Assembly (NCBI RefSeq): GCF_028368995.1
Contig: NZ_JAQNDL010000003.1
Coordinates: forward strand, 2,112,001 to 2,176,000
DNA length: 64,000 nucleotides
Reading direction: 5' to 3'
Source: Nannocystis bainbridge
GTDB taxonomy: Bacteria; Myxococcota_A; Polyangia; Nannocystales; Nannocystaceae
A program made the position numbers and the translations under genes. Positions 62,621 through 64,000 of this stretch are shown here, piece after piece (positions within the stretch are counted from its first letter, which is position 1; each line of letters opens with the position of its first letter). The notes under the pieces were generated by a model. That model searched no databases. It had not been told where the DNA came from and worked only from the letters and a program-made list of their open reading frames with translations.

Positions 62621-63057
62621 GCGCCAGCCTCGGCGTCGATGTGGGCGCAGTACGGCGCGATCTCGGCGCGGAAGCTGTCGGTCCACGGGACCGGCCGCTT
62701 GCTCTCGGGATCGACGCGGACCACCGTGCGCCGGCCGGTCGCGTGCTCGATGTCCTCGTCGAGCGGCATCACCCGCAGGCCGAAGGTCAGGCTGGTCCGC
62801 CCGAGCCGCTCGACCCACACGCGCACCCGCACCTGGCCGGTACCGATCACCGGCCGCTGGTAGTCGAGGGAATTCGCGCGCACCAGGTGGTACTGGTCGG
62901 GGTTCGAGTTGAAGTCGAGGACCCCGCCCCAGCCGAGCTGCCGCCAGAACGAGCCGATCGCGTGCTCGAAGAGGAGCAGGTAGCGGGCGTTGTGGAGGAT
63001 GTGGAACGCGTCGAGGTCGTCGAAATAAACCCCGTGGATCGTCTCGTGGAAACGCAT
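62617..63057 (-). CDS. Acyl-CoA thioesterase (4HBT/YbgC-like)
   Basis: VYFDDLDAFHILHNARY, LGRTSL, PVPW. Confidence 0.88.
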   Translation of the reverse strand: MRFHETIHGVYFDDLDAFHILHNARYLLLFEHAIGSFWRQLGWGGVLDFNSNPDQYHLVRANSLDYQRPVIGTGQVRVRVWVERLGRTSLTFGLRVMPLDEDIEHATGRRTVVRVDPESKRPVPWTDSFRAEIAPYCAHIDAEAGA

Positions 63058-63222
63058 GACCGTCCGCGAGCGGTATACCGCACGCCGGCCCCCGCGCGGG
63101 CCCGATCGGGGCGCCTGTCGGCGTGTCCGGACACTCGTTCACATGTCCGCGCGGCAGCCCTCACACGACCCGCCGCCGTCGGCGCCGCTGGTTGTGAGTT
63201 ATCGTGATCGCCAGGCCTCGGG

Positions 63223-64000
63223 ATGGACGCCCGCCAACACCACGCCCGCCAGCAATTCACCCGCCTCGCGGGCGCCCCCGACCACGCCCTCGACCTCGGC
63301 GAGACCGCGCTGTGGATCGGCGCCGAGGAAGACGGGCCGGTCGCCGTCGAGGACTACCTGGCCCGCCTCGACGACCTCGCGGCGACCTTGCGCCAGCGCC
63401 TGCTGCCCGAGCACACCGCGCGCGAGCGGCTCGATCGACTGCTCGCCTACGTGTTCCGCGAGCTCGGCTTCCACGGCAACGAGTCCGACTACTACGACCC
63501 GCGCAACAGCTACTTCCACCAGGTGCTCGACCGCCGCTGCGGCCTGCCGATCTCGCTGGCGCTGCTGCTGATCGAGCTGGCGCGGCGGGTCGGCCTGCGC
63601 GTCGCCGGGGTCGGCTTCCCGGCCCACTTCCTCGCCGTCGACCTCGACCTGCCGCAGCTCTTCATCGACCCGTTCCACGGCGGGCGCCTGCTGACCGAGT
63701 ACGAGTGCCGGGTGATGCTGCGGCAGAAGACCCAGGGCCGGGTCGAGTTCGACCGCAATCAACTGCGCCCGGTCGGCGGTCGTCAGCTGCTGGTGCGCAT
63801 GCTGAACAACCTCAAGAGCGTGCACCTGAGCCGCGGCGACCTCGAGCGCGCGCTCGCGGCCAGCGACCGGATCCTCCTGCTCAGCCCCGGCGCCGCCGAG
63901 GAGTACCGCGACCGCGGACTGTGCCAGCTGCAGCGCCGGGCCTACCGCGCCGCCGCCCTGGACCTCGACCATTACCTCAGCCTCGCGCCGATGGCCGACG
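63223..64000 (+). CDS. SirB1/transglutaminase-like protein with TPR (partial, runs off window)
   Basis: Manual translation LGFHGNESDYYDPRNSYFHQVLDRRCGLPISL...GVGFPAHFL...RMLNNLK. Confidence 0.88.
   Translation, partial: MDARQHHARQQFTRLAGAPDHALDLGETALWIGAEEDGPVAVEDYLARLDDLAATLRQRLLPEHTARERLDRLLAYVFRELGFHGNESDYYDPRNSYFHQVLDRRCGLPISLALLLIELARRVGLRVAGVGFPAHFLAVDLDLPQLFIDPFHGGRLLTEYECRVMLRQKTQGRVEFDRNQLRPVGGRQLLVRMLNNLKSVHLSRGDLERALAASDRILLLSPGAAEEYRDRGLCQLQRRAYRAAALDLDHYLSLAPMAD

Overview
High-GC window, probably from a myxobacterium (Myxococcota; Nannocystis-like by inference from gene content). Bases 1-23 kb are the minus-strand core translation/transcription supercluster: tRNA Thr-Tyr-Gly-Thr, tuf, rpmG, tRNA-Trp, secE, nusG, rplKAJL, rpoBC, rpsLG, fusA, a second tuf, rpsJ, rplDWB, rpsS, rplV, rpsC. 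Two oddities there: rplC is absent from the S10 operon, and EF-G has degenerate domain IV loops. Bases 23-64 kb mix housekeeping and accessory genes: TPR and HEAT lipoproteins, bactofilins bacNOP, glutamate-cysteine ligase, alaS, an RlmI-like methyltransferase, an apparently inactive PilB plus degenerate PilC, an outer-membrane lipoprotein/OmpA-TSP3/beta-barrel operon, a CxCH cytochrome-like lipoprotein, ribF, dapAB, a partial aryl-polyene-like cluster with a flavin-dependent halogenase, a 7x27-aa Cys-repeat protein, a Ser/Thr kinase, suhB-HNH, a membrane protein plus VWA protein, an esterase, a thioesterase and SirB1. The most striking unexplained signal is a dispersed 14-bp palindrome, TGTCC-N4-GGACA. 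It occurs singly, in 14-bp tiled arrays at gene ends, in a ~72-bp phased array, and in frame inside coding sequences.
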